64,000 nt of DNA from Alphaproteobacteria bacterium (lineage in GTDB: Bacteria; Pseudomonadota; Alphaproteobacteria; G965222575): the NCBI GenBank assembly GCA_965222575.1, contig OZ244958.1, positions 544,001-608,000 of the forward strand, given 5' to 3'. The position numbers were made by a program, and so were the translations under genes. Positions 50,502-60,100 of this stretch are shown here, piece by piece (position 1 is the first letter of the stretch; each line of letters opens with the position of its first letter). The notes under the pieces are model-generated. The model worked only from the letters and a program-made list of their open reading frames with translations. It was not told the DNA's origin and did not search any database.

Positions 50502-50798
50502 TCAAAGAGGCATATATTTCAGCATTCCCCAGCTTTCTTTGAAGAGGCATTTTGCATCGTATGCGTTGCTTTGGGCAAGAGTTAAGGCACGGGCTTTTTT
50601 GGAGGGGTTGGAGGCGGTGAGAACAAGCAAGATACACACTTTGGATAAACCCCAAGCGAGTCCTGCGAGTACCATTAGGAGTATGCATAGTCCTACTGTG
50701 AATAGCACTACGGCAGATAGGGCTATGACCATAAGGATTAACGCAAGACCTAAGAAGAAGATTCCGTAAGCAATGCTAGCAAGAAGGGTATCAATCAT
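50502..50798 (-). CDS. Small hydrophobic membrane protein (moron-like)
   Basis: About 55 contiguous hydrophobic residues; 9 bp downstream of the preceding antisense gene. Confidence 0.55.
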   Translation of the reverse strand: MIDTLLASIAYGIFFLGLALILMVIALSAVVLFTVGLCILLMVLAGLAWGLSKVCILLVLTASNPSKKARALTLAQSNAYDAKCLFKESWGMLKYMPL

Positions 50799-50807
50799 AT
50801 GTCATCT

Positions 50808-51326
50808 CTAGGGAGTACAGTGCTTGCCGTGAGGCTTTAGGGTACTTGAGCTTATTGTGCGATGATTACAAAAAGACACCACTGGTGGGACTATGAGGCA
50901 GACTTCCAAGAGCACCCATAAGACTTTACACCAAACAGGAGGGGATTTTTCTTCTTCTCCCGGCATTCTCTCAATGAGCCAATTGCTCCAATCAGCTAAC
51001 GCGAAATCGGTTAACAAGTCAACAGCCCCCCAGATGATGATACCGAGGGGAATAGAAGCTAGGAAGAAAGTCATGAGCCACCAAATGGCCATTTCCCATA
51101 GTTGCAGGTTCATGGAAATGCCCGCCCACAAGGTTGTAATGGTGGGAATGACAAAGAGACTAACAACTGCCGCTATACCAATGAGGGCAATAATGAGACT
51201 TGCGATTATAAGAATAAGGCTAATGAGTGCTATTACACATTGGCCAAAGAGCTTTCCCCGTCCTAAAGCGTGTGCGAGGTAAAAAGAGATGGCGGATGCA
51301 GGGAGTTTAGGATTAGGGTTTGTCAT
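50808..51326 (-). CDS. Multi-TM membrane protein, cassette A
   Basis: 3-4 TM segments; paralogous to 51414-51824 (MTNP..K.P.S...YL...R..L.G; L.E..LI.P.......R..SS.T). Confidence 0.7.
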   Translation of the reverse strand: MTNPNPKLPASAISFYLAHALGRGKLFGQCVIALISLILIIASLIIALIGIAAVVSLFVIPTITTLWAGISMNLQLWEMAIWWLMTFFLASIPLGIIIWGAVDLLTDFALADWSNWLIERMPGEEEKSPPVWCKVLWVLLEVCLIVPPVVSFCNHRTISSSTLKPHGKHCTP

Positions 51327-51363
51327 AGGAGCAAGTCTGAGTAGTGGTTATCATAGCACTTAA
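51289..51363 (+). pseudogene. Tape-measure N-terminal stub, copy 1
   Basis: GAGGT SD plus MADAGSLGLGFVIGASLSSGYHST*, homologous to the stub at 51793. Confidence 0.62.
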
Positions 51364-51413
51364 GACAGGCTTTAGCTTAGGGGAAATCAAGAGTCTTCCC
51401 ATTGAGGAGGCGC

Positions 51414-51824
51414 TTAAGTATTGGAAGAGTATTTGCGAGATTTTAAGACGTGAAAGAGGAGTGGGAAGATGAGAGTGAGTTCACTGAGGAAATACAGAGT
51501 GTATCCCGTGAGGTATCGCACAGAGTATGGTTGGGCAGGTTTCATGGCTTTTTCCCAATCCACTCCAAATAGGAGAGCGATAGCATGGACACTCAAGCCA
51601 GTGATAATTATCATAAATAGAAAGCTTACGCCCCCGATGACAATTTTTGTAGGCAGGCTTTCGTCTGCGATGAACATTGTACAAATGGGCAAGAACACCA
51701 CAAGTCCGCCAAGGATAATGATATATAGAATAACAGTGGTAGCTTTCCCTACTAGGTCTGCGCGCTTTTTCAGTCCCGTGAGGTAAGACGGCATGTCGGA
51801 AGTTGGTCGTTTAGGGTTAGTCAT
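51414..51824 (-). CDS. Multi-TM membrane protein, cassette B
   Basis: Three TM segments; paralog of 50808-51326. Confidence 0.7.
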   Translation of the reverse strand: MTNPKRPTSDMPSYLTGLKKRADLVGKATTVILYIIILGGLVVFLPICTMFIADESLPTKIVIGGVSFLFMIIITGLSVHAIALLFGVDWEKAMKPAQPYSVRYLTGYTLYFLSELTLIFPLLFHVLKSRKYSSNT

Positions 51825-52044
51825 TGGTGCGACACTTGATAATACGTATTATAAGACATTAGCGCGTAGTAGTCAATCTGTTGAACAATTAGGGAGTGCG
51901 CTGAAAGAGATTGAAAAGCGCTTCTTAGCAGCAAAGCTAATGGAGTCGAAAACAGAGCTTTCTGCGCTCACGAAAAAACAAAAGGACTCGGCAGTGGGAC
52001 ATTTTCATCTGTCTCTCCATACCTTGTTAATTTCTATGAACTGA
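51793..52044 (+). pseudogene. Phage tail tape-measure N-terminal stub, copy 2
   Basis: GAGGT SD; MSEVGRLGLVIGATL followed by coiled-coil heptads; expected position after GpE'. Confidence 0.65.
51848..51876 (-). promoter_or_regulatory. Near-consensus sigma70 promoter inside the tape-measure stub, driving cassette B
   Basis: TTGACT-N17-TATAAT on the minus strand; the equivalent position in stub 1 has extended -10 TGcTATGAT (51350-51358). Confidence 0.7.
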
Positions 52045-52186
52045 AAGATTACCACAGCCAAGGAATGTGGTATTGACCGCTTCACACTGATGCTGGAGTG
52101 CTGGGTGGTCGTCTGCGGACAGGCACAATGGTAGGGCGGGTTACGGCCAACTGAAAGTCATAGGGACACTGGAAAAGAATTAGTAT

Positions 52187-53122
52187 TTACTGGTCCCAAT
52201 TTTCACGATGCACTTTACCAGTCTGATAGAATTCACGGACTGATTTTATATAATTCAAGAAGTCTCTATTCTCATTAGCCAAGCGATTGGCAATATTCCA
52301 GTCAATGTCATTGCGCTCTTTAGCCGGAATCATAATTTGGCTCTCTGATGGATTGTCAGCATTGAGCTTGATAACACCAATACCATGCAAACTGACCAGT
52401 ATACGAAGCTCTTTTAACGCTGCTTCTCTGATTCCAATGGCCACTAAATATCCAAAATTAGCCCATGAGGAATTGCTGACTGCTTGGAAAAAGACCTTTC
52501 GCACATTGGAGCGATCAATCCACTTTTTAACTTCAAAGGACCATAGTTTGGTCTTTTTATCTGCATACTGCTTCACACAATCCTTAATCTCACGGTGCCA
52601 ATCTTGGCTCAAATTTTCCATGCCTACCACATCTGGATAAAGCCACTCATTACCGCCAGCACCATGAGAGTTGCTGGAGTGTTTCTCATTAATACGCATG
52701 CTGTCAATTTTAAGCTTCTCCCGCAAAAACTTTCTTAAAATCGGGTAAAGATTGTGTTCTGTTATGACTACACCATTCGTAACAGCCGCGGATGTCGAAG
52801 CAGTGCTCTCTGCAAAGTCAATTTCGGCACTGTCACTTGATTCAGTATAGTAATATTTCCGAGGCCAACATTCAATCGTCTTGATTTCCGGGGGTCTCTC
52901 TCGAATGAGTAGAGAAGTTATTTCACCAGCAATCTGTCCAACCAGCGCATCATTATCACGATCACGCAGCTTTTCAGAACGATTTTTTTTTTGTTGACAA
53001 TCATCTGGATAGGTTTTGAATATCCAGTCCGCAATTTCACGAACAGTAAATTTCTGCTCGGGGTTTTGCTTTAAGCATTCAACAACTTTGTCCTTCAGTT
53101 TCAACTTAAATGCCTGTATCAA
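52187..53122 (-). CDS. COG2958/HrgA-family protein (winged HTH plus PD-(D/E)XK nuclease-like domain)
   Basis: NEWLYPDVVG, LWSFEVK, FFQAVSNSSWANFGYLV, HGIGVI, NENRDF; AT-richer than the flanks. Confidence 0.85.
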   Translation of the reverse strand: MIQAFKLKLKDKVVECLKQNPEQKFTVREIADWIFKTYPDDCQQKKNRSEKLRDRDNDALVGQIAGEITSLLIRERPPEIKTIECWPRKYYYTESSDSAEIDFAESTASTSAAVTNGVVITEHNLYPILRKFLREKLKIDSMRINEKHSSNSHGAGGNEWLYPDVVGMENLSQDWHREIKDCVKQYADKKTKLWSFEVKKWIDRSNVRKVFFQAVSNSSWANFGYLVAIGIREAALKELRILVSLHGIGVIKLNADNPSESQIMIPAKERNDIDWNIANRLANENRDFLNYIKSVREFYQTGKVHRENWDQ

Positions 53123-53264
53123 TCTCTCTGTTTTTCTTTTGCATTCATTGTATCAGGAGCAAATAAAATCACAAGAAAAAAATGCGCTGGTATCACCCTC
53201 GGTGGTGGAGTAGGGGAGCGACCAACCCTGTGCCGGAAGACTGAACCCAGGGCGGTGATTTCTC

Positions 53265-54188
53265 TCATTCCGATAAGCACTGGTGGAAACTACGGGAGAG
53301 ATTGTTCAGCAAGTGAAAATACAATGCCTCCCCCTGCTCAAGCCTAGCCCCTAGTGGGTCAAGTGTGCCAATTCTCACCCCTGTGCCTTCTGTCACGACT
53401 CTAATGACTCGGTGGGAAAATTGCGGCTCCCGAAACACGCAAACAACACCTTTTTCCCGCAACTTCTTACGCACTTCCTTAAGATGCGCAGGAGACGCCA
53501 TAACATCCGCATCCACCAAAATAGACCCAACCCCTCTTAAACCATAAGCACGTTCAAAATACTGATAAGCGTCATGAAGCACAATAAAAGGCTTGTTTCT
53601 TACGCCCGCAAGCAACAAGTGTAACGCTGCCTCCAACCTCTCGCTTTTCTCAAAAAACACCCCCGCATTTTCTTCATAAAGAGAGCGATTTTCAGGATAA
53701 AGACCGCTTAGCTTCTCCGTAATCAATCTCACCATCCGTTTAGCATTTTCAGGGTCAAGCCAAAGATGCCAATCATAACGCCCTTGATGAGAAACATGCT
53801 CATGGACGTGTTGCCCTTGTTTGTTGCTGTCTTCCCATGGGCTACCTTGACGGGACGGCAGTAGTAAAACGTCTGCTTCTTGGGCTAAAGAAACGCTAGA
53901 CACCTGAGGGGGCAGTGTTTTTAAGGCCTGCGAAAGAAAGGTTTCTAAACGGGTATCAAGATAAAAAATAAGTGTGGCTTCCTGTAACGCCTTCAGTTGT
54001 GAAGGCTTAAACTGAAAGCCATGGGGTGAGGCCTCCCCGGACAGCAATAATGTCGCCTCCCCTGTCTTGCCCATAACACTCATTACCAACGAATGAAGAG
54101 GCTTCAGAGTCACAACAACTTCCCCTGCCGCTTTTGCGCTTCCTGTTAGAAAAAATACAACCCCTACAGAAAATACAAACTCTCTCAT
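53265..54188 (-). CDS. znuA: Zinc ABC transporter substrate-binding protein
   Basis: TLKPLHSLV, SPHGFQFKPS, His-rich loop, HLWLDP, HDAYQYFE, CVFREPQF, LDPLG. Confidence 0.95.
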   Translation of the reverse strand: MREFVFSVGVVFFLTGSAKAAGEVVVTLKPLHSLVMSVMGKTGEATLLLSGEASPHGFQFKPSQLKALQEATLIFYLDTRLETFLSQALKTLPPQVSSVSLAQEADVLLLPSRQGSPWEDSNKQGQHVHEHVSHQGRYDWHLWLDPENAKRMVRLITEKLSGLYPENRSLYEENAGVFFEKSERLEAALHLLLAGVRNKPFIVLHDAYQYFERAYGLRGVGSILVDADVMASPAHLKEVRKKLREKGVVCVFREPQFSHRVIRVVTEGTGVRIGTLDPLGARLEQGEALYFHLLNNLSRSFHQCLSE

Positions 54189-54227
54189 TATCTCACCTTG
54201 AAAAAAATTAATCCTTGTGGAGATATT

Positions 54228-54253
54228 AATTGTTATGTTATAACATAACAATT
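54228..54253. promoter_or_regulatory. Zur box
   Basis: Perfect 26-bp palindrome AATTGTTATGTTA-TAACATAACAATT between divergent znuA and zur-znuCB. Confidence 0.9.
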
Positions 54254-54281
54254 CCTTGTCAATGACTAAAATGACGGCAAT

Positions 54282-54746
54282 ATGCGCCTCTGTAGAACCC
54301 ACGAACATTGTATCAATAAAGCCTTGCGTCAAGCAGAACTCATCTGTGAGCGCTCGTCTCTTCGCTTAACCCCCTTAAGACGAAAAGTCTTAGTTATTAT
54401 CTGGGAAAACCACAAGCCCGCTAAAGCCTATGATATTTTGGATAAACTCAAAAGCCAAGAAACTGCAGCAAAACCTAGTACTGTTTACCGCGCCCTCAAT
54501 TTCCTCTTAGAAAGTGGCTTGATTCACAAATTGGAGGGCTTGAATGCTTATATAGGATGCTCTCACCCCTGCGCCCATCCTACCTGTTATTTTTTAATCT
54601 GTTCTTGTTGCGGAGACATTCAAGAATGCTGTCACAACCATTTAACAGACGCCATTGCTTCTACAGCTCATCAGTATGCCTTTCACTTACAGCACAGTAC
54701 TGTAGAGCTGAAAGGCACCTGTACTGACTGTGCCCAACATGCCTAA
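54282..54746 (+). CDS. zur: Zinc uptake regulator (Fur family)
   Basis: RLTPLRRKVL, AYDIL, TVYRALNFL, CxxC...CxxC. Confidence 0.94.
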   Translation: MRLCRTHEHCINKALRQAELICERSSLRLTPLRRKVLVIIWENHKPAKAYDILDKLKSQETAAKPSTVYRALNFLLESGLIHKLEGLNAYIGCSHPCAHPTCYFLICSCCGDIQECCHNHLTDAIASTAHQYAFHLQHSTVELKGTCTDCAQHA

Positions 54747-55476
54747 GGAGTCTGCACTCATTGTAGCGTCTCATCTTACTGTTACCCGCCGAGGGAAGAA
54801 TATTCTCAACGATGTCTCCCTTACTGTAGGGCAGAGGGATTTTGTTGCGATAGTTGGTCCTAATGGTGCTGGGAAATCCATGCTACTTAAGTGTCTGATA
54901 GGCTTATACCAACCGAATAAGGGGACGATTATACGGCAAAAAGCGTTAACAGTTGGCTATTTGCCCCAACGTCTTGTTCCTGAGTATGCAATGCCTATTA
55001 CCACAGAGCGATTCTTGCGTCTCCGTAGAAAAATTGATGCCACAGAACTTCATACTGTATCGTATGAAACGAACATAGAACATTTGTTGCGACAACCGCT
55101 TTCAGTCCTTTCAGGCGGAGAAGTACAACGTGTCTTGTTAGCGCGGAGTTTGCTTGTCAACCCGTCTTTGCTAGTGCTGGATGAACCGGTGCAAAATCTT
55201 GATATTGGAGGGCAGTTGGCTTTTTACAAACTACTGGAGCGGCTTTATCACAAGAGACGATTTAGTATTCTCATGGTGTCTCATGATTTGCATATGGTCA
55301 TGGCTTCTACCAAGCAAGTGATTGGTCTGTTTCATCATGTTTGCTGTTCCGGAAAGCCACAGGCTATCGCACAAGACCCAGCGTTCATTTCTCTCTTTGG
55401 CCGTGATATGGCGAAGATGATGGCGATTTACCAGCATGGTCATGACCATAGGCACGAGGGAGAATCAGGTGTTTGA
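54739..55476 (+). CDS. znuC: Zinc ABC transporter ATPase
   Basis: GPNGAGKS, LSGGEVQRVLLAR, VSHDLHMVM, His-rich tail. Confidence 0.95.
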   Translation: MPKESALIVASHLTVTRRGKNILNDVSLTVGQRDFVAIVGPNGAGKSMLLKCLIGLYQPNKGTIIRQKALTVGYLPQRLVPEYAMPITTERFLRLRRKIDATELHTVSYETNIEHLLRQPLSVLSGGEVQRVLLARSLLVNPSLLVLDEPVQNLDIGGQLAFYKLLERLYHKRRFSILMVSHDLHMVMASTKQVIGLFHHVCCSGKPQAIAQDPAFISLFGRDMAKMMAIYQHGHDHRHEGESGV

Positions 55477-56296
55477 GCCTTTCATTCTGCGCGCCTTAGC
55501 GGCTGGCATTGGAGTAGCAATGATTGCAGGCCCCATAGGCTGCTTTGTTGTCTGGAGGCGTATGGCGTACTTTGGGGATTCCCTAGCCCATAGTGCCTTG
55601 CTTGGTATTGCCTTGGGGCTAGCCACTGGTATGAGTATGAATGTTGGCATTGTCCTTGTGTGCCTTAGTTTCGCGTTGTTGTTTTTCTGGTTACAGCAAC
55701 AGGGCACACTGCATGTTGACACCTTACTAGGCATACTAGCCCATGCGGCTTTGTCTATTGGAATTGTTGCCATGAGTTTGCTGAACCAGCGGGTGGATTT
55801 ACACCTCTATCTTTTTGGAGACATTCTAACGGTGATGGCAACGGAAGTGTGGGGGATTGTTGTTGTTGGCGCTTTGGTGTTGGTATTATTGGCTTGGCAT
55901 TGGTCTTCTTTGGTGTTAATGAGTATCGATGAAGAGTTAGCACTAGCGGAAAAGGTTCCCACAAAGTTTCTACACCTGTTGCTAGTGGTTTTAATGACCG
56001 TTGTGGTCGCTGTGTCCGTTCGTGTTGTTGGCATTCTTCTGATTACTTCCCTGCTGATTATTCCTGCGGCTACTGCAAGAGGGTTGGTACGGTCTCCAGA
56101 AGTTATGGCGCTTGTTGCGACGCTACTTGGTATGAGCGCAGTTGTTGGGGGCATTTCCCTTTCTGTGATACTGGATACGCCCTCTTCGCCCTCCATTGTT
56201 GCTAGTGCTACTGTCCTGTTTTTTCTCCTCTTTCCCATCTCTAAGCTCCTGTCTTCTTTCACGCCAAGCAAACTTGACCGCTCTTTGCCTAGGTAA
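55469..56296 (+). CDS. znuB: Zinc ABC transporter permease
   Basis: GCFVVWRRMAYFGDSLAHSALLG, YLFGDIL, LLIIPAATAR. Confidence 0.95.
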   Translation: MFEPFILRALAAGIGVAMIAGPIGCFVVWRRMAYFGDSLAHSALLGIALGLATGMSMNVGIVLVCLSFALLFFWLQQQGTLHVDTLLGILAHAALSIGIVAMSLLNQRVDLHLYLFGDILTVMATEVWGIVVVGALVLVLLAWHWSSLVLMSIDEELALAEKVPTKFLHLLLVVLMTVVVAVSVRVVGILLITSLLIIPAATARGLVRSPEVMALVATLLGMSAVVGGISLSVILDTPSSPSIVASATVLFFLLFPISKLLSSFTPSKLDRSLPR

Positions 56297-56319
56297 AGGG
56301 TTGAGATTTCCCTTGCTTA

Positions 56320-57069
56320 TTAGTGTGCCTTGCTTAAAAGGTAGGCTATTGTCTCCTCTAAGCGTTTCTTGTCTTCCATGTCAGGCCAGAGATTGTCTTG
56401 TGCATATTGCAGGGGGGTTTTACCCCCTTTATCTTGTAGAGACATATTAGCACCTGCTTCTGCTAACACCACGACCACTTCCTTGTGTCCTTCAACGGCT
56501 GCCCTGTGTAGCGGGGTGCGCTTGTAGGAATTTTGTGTGTTGATATCCGCTCCTTGTTCTAACAAGAACACGATCACCTCTTTGTGTCCCTCTCCGCTTG
56601 CTAAATGAAGTGCTGTAAACCCGAATTGGTCTTGCCAATTAATAGAAGCCCCTGCTGTGAGGGCGGCGGCTAGCATCTTTTGATTGCCATGATGTCCTCC
56701 CCACCCTAATACCGCTTGACATCCTTCTTGCGTAAACTTACCACCTTGCAGAAAAATCTCCACCACTTCCGTCTGTTCGTATAAGGCTGCTAAAACTAGA
56801 GAGGTCATACCCCAGTATTCATCTTTTTGATGAAACGCCGCACCGGAGTCTAACAAAAATTTCACCATGTCCTTTTGTCCATTATAAGCGGCTAGGTGAA
56901 GAGCTGTCATTCCCTTCTCATTTGTTGCATTGATGGACGTGCCGCTTTGTATGAGCGATTTGAGTGTATTGAGGTCTCCATTTAGGGCTGCCTTGTGAAG
57001 AGGGGTGCATGTCCCATTGAGGGTGGTGAGTGCAACCGAGCAAACTAGTAGGCGTAACAGAAGAGGCAT
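56320..57069 (-). CDS. Secreted ankyrin-repeat protein 8
   Basis: Hydrophobic N-terminus followed by about 6 ankyrin repeats. Confidence 0.92.
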   Translation of the reverse strand: MPLLLRLLVCSVALTTLNGTCTPLHKAALNGDLNTLKSLIQSGTSINATNEKGMTALHLAAYNGQKDMVKFLLDSGAAFHQKDEYWGMTSLVLAALYEQTEVVEIFLQGGKFTQEGCQAVLGWGGHHGNQKMLAAALTAGASINWQDQFGFTALHLASGEGHKEVIVFLLEQGADINTQNSYKRTPLHRAAVEGHKEVVVVLAEAGANMSLQDKGGKTPLQYAQDNLWPDMEDKKRLEETIAYLLSKAH

Positions 57070-57198
57070 AGAAGAAGGGGTGTGGGGGGGGGTGAGAGGA
57101 GACTATGTTCTTAAGTGTAAGGCAGTGTGAGGGGCAGGTCAATTCAGTTATGTGATGGCAAGATTTCTGGGTTTTCGTTTGCGGAGGATAGAGGCTGG

Positions 57199-60100
57199 TT
57201 AGGGTGGGTGCTGTGGGGCTTGGATTTTGCCCAGTTCTTTGAGGAGTGACCCTATTGTTTCTAGGGGATTTGAGTGTTTATAGTGTACTTTGTGCTGGTT
57301 GATTAAAGACAGGTGGGAGTGATTGTGGATAAAGGTTAGGACTTGCTTAGGGTTGATAAGATGGTCATGGGAGAAAATGATTTCAATAGGTCCGTTTTTG
57401 AGCTGCGTGAGATGGCTGACTGCGGCTTTTTTACAATGGATTCTTAGGGAAGTCATATGGAGTGTGCGTTCTTCTTTTTGCCCTAAGGGGCCGAAGCGGT
57501 CTATCATGGAGGCTCTGATGTCTGAGAGGTCTTGCTGTGTGTTAGCCATACTGAGAGAGCGGTAGAGGTGCAGTCGTGTTTGGATATCTTGAATATAGGA
57601 TTCTGGGATTGATAGGTCTCCTAGAGAGAGGGTTGGTGAGAGTTCTTCAGGGATGGTGTTGTTGTGTTGAGGGGAAGCTGGCAAGTTTTTGTTGTGAGTC
57701 ATTTTTTTCAGGGCTTGTTCCAGGAGGTACTGATAGAATTGAATACCGATGCTTTTAATGTGTCCCCACTGTTCTGTGCCTAAGAGGTTACCGGCACCGC
57801 GTATGTCCATGTCATAGTTTGCCAGTTGGAAACTAGAGCCTAACCCTTGTGCGGACTGTAAGGCTTCGAGACGGGCAAGGGCTGTTTTCCCTAGAGGATG
57901 GTTAGGCAGGATGATATAGCAGTATCCTTTTTTATCGCCCCGTCCTGCGCGTCCTCGTAGTTGGTATAGTTGTGCTAAGCCGAACAAGTGACTTGAGTGG
58001 ATAATTACTGTGTTCATGTTGGGGATATCTATGCCGGCTTCTACGATGGAGGTACAGACGAGGGCATGGATTTTGCGTTGTTGGAATTGCTCCATGGTGG
58101 TTTCGATGGTTTGGGACGGCATTTTTCCGTGGAGGCTTTTGACCTTCAGGGAAGGGGCAGCAGTTTTAATGAAGGTGAGTTGAGAGGGGATGTGTCGGAT
58201 TTTGGGACAGATATAGAAGATTTGTCCGCCGCGCAGGGCTTCGCGGTTCAGGGCTTCTTCTAGGAGGGGACTGCCTTCTCTAGCTAAAATTGTTCTCACG
58301 AATTGTCGTTTTGGCGGCGGCGTGTTGAGAAAGGAGAGCTCCCTCAGTCCTTCCATGGCCATTTTCAGTGTGCGGGGAAGCGGGGTGGCGGAGAGGGATA
58401 ACACATTGAGGCCTTTCTTGAGGCCTTTTAAGGCTTCTTTTTGCTCTAGTCCAAAGCGATGCTCTTCATCAATGATGAGGAGATTAAGCCTTTTGAGGCA
58501 TGGTATGGATAAGAGGCTGTGGGTGCTAATGAGAATATCGAGGTGTCCCTTTGCTAAGTCTTCTTTGGTTTTTTTCTGTTCTTTTGGCGTTTCGAATCGG
58601 CTGAGTTTTTGCAGGTGGAGGGGGAAGGGCTTCAAGCGCTGAACGAAGAGATTATAGTGCTGTTGACACAATAAGGTGGTGGGGGTGAGAAAGGCAACGC
58701 ATCCTCCGGATATGGCAACGGAGAAAGCGGCTTGCAGGGCGACTTCTGTTTTCCCAAAGCCTGTGTCTGCACAAAGTAGCCTGTCCATGGGGTAAGGCTT
58801 TTGGAGGTCTTGGAGAATGGTGTCAATGGCCGTTTTTTGGTCTGTTGTGAGCGGGTAGGGACAAAGGGACGCGAAGGTTTTACTCTCTTCAAGAGAAACA
58901 TTACAGCTAGCGCTTTGACAGGTTAATCGTTGTGCCTCTGTCTTGATGAGGGCGGAAGCCATCTCAAGCAGGCGTTTTTTCAGTTTGGTTTTTTTCGCTA
59001 AGAAATGATAGCTCCCAAGTTTGTCTAAAGACACCCGGCTCTCTTTGGTGCTATAGCGGTAAAGCAAATCCATGTTTTGTACTGGTACATACAGCCTATC
59101 ATTATCGCGGTAAGCCAGTTCAAGACAATCCACCTCTCTGCCTTCTATGGTGAGGGGTTTGAGTCCTCTGTATTGTCCTAAGCCATGGGAAGCGTGGACG
59201 AGATAGTCTCCTTGATGAAAGGTTTGAGCGGCTTCTATCAAGGAGAGTGAAGGTTTTGAAGAGGTGGTGGCGGCGGAAGGGGGGGGGATTCCTAGGATAT
59301 CCTGTGAGCTTAAGAGCAAAGAGGAGCGGAGGTTTAGGCTTTGTGGCAAGGGAGAGGAGGGGAGAAGGGCTAAGGGGGGAGGAGGGTCTTGAAGAGAGGA
59401 GATGATGGCGGGGGGGCGTCCTTTTTGAGTGAGCAAGCGGTGAAGTGTTTTTTGGTGACTTGAGTGGGCACAAAAGATTGTGATGGGTTTTTTTTGCGCT
59501 AGTGTGTTGAGAGTGTTTTGAAGGGTGCCTGTTGAGCGGGCAGTGGCGAATTCGGGCGTAGGCAAAAACGAGTAGGAGGGGATTTTTTTGCGGACAGGAA
59601 GAGTATGATAAAGACAAGTTGGGATATGTTGGAACCACCGCTCAGGGGGGGCGTAAAAATACGAGGGCGGTAAGAAGGGCGGGGTTTTGTCTTTATGATG
59701 GTCAAAAGCGTCTTGGTAATTTTTGAAGAAAGTGTGAATTGAAGCCTCTGTGTTGGCTTCCATGAGACAAAAATCAGGCTTCCAACTGTCATATAAAGGT
59801 TGTAGCCCCGCCCCCGCAGTTGCGCCGTAAAAAAGGGGCCAGTGACTAAGTGCCTCTAAGGGCTGTGCCCCTTCTGAAAGTGCGTGATAGAGAGTATTGT
59901 CTGTATTCTTGAGTCCGAACACTTGGCGATAGTGGTGACAGAAGTCTTGAGATTGACTGAAGGAAAAAGGCATAACAGAGGGAATGGTAAGCGATGTGAT
60001 CGCCTCTTTGCGCCGTTGGGTGTTGGGACAAAAGGTATGGAGACTCTCTAGTTGGGTATCAAAGAAATCTAGGCGCACAGGGGATTGATGGGGAGGAAAG

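Larger units (their letters stand above)
49729..52044. mobile_element. Highly reduced prophage remnant (P2/Mu-like contractile tail type)
   Basis: Repressor fragment, tail-chaperone end with slippery site, GpE'-like ORF and tape-measure N-terminal stubs; close to tRNA genes. Confidence 0.72.

Noticed and set aside
53191-53260. attR or tmRNA/tRNA fragment (tggtggag, reverse complement of ctccacca) within a loose hairpin
   Set aside because: Only 8 bp, inverted relative to tRNA-Ala, no valid T-arm and no integrase nearby
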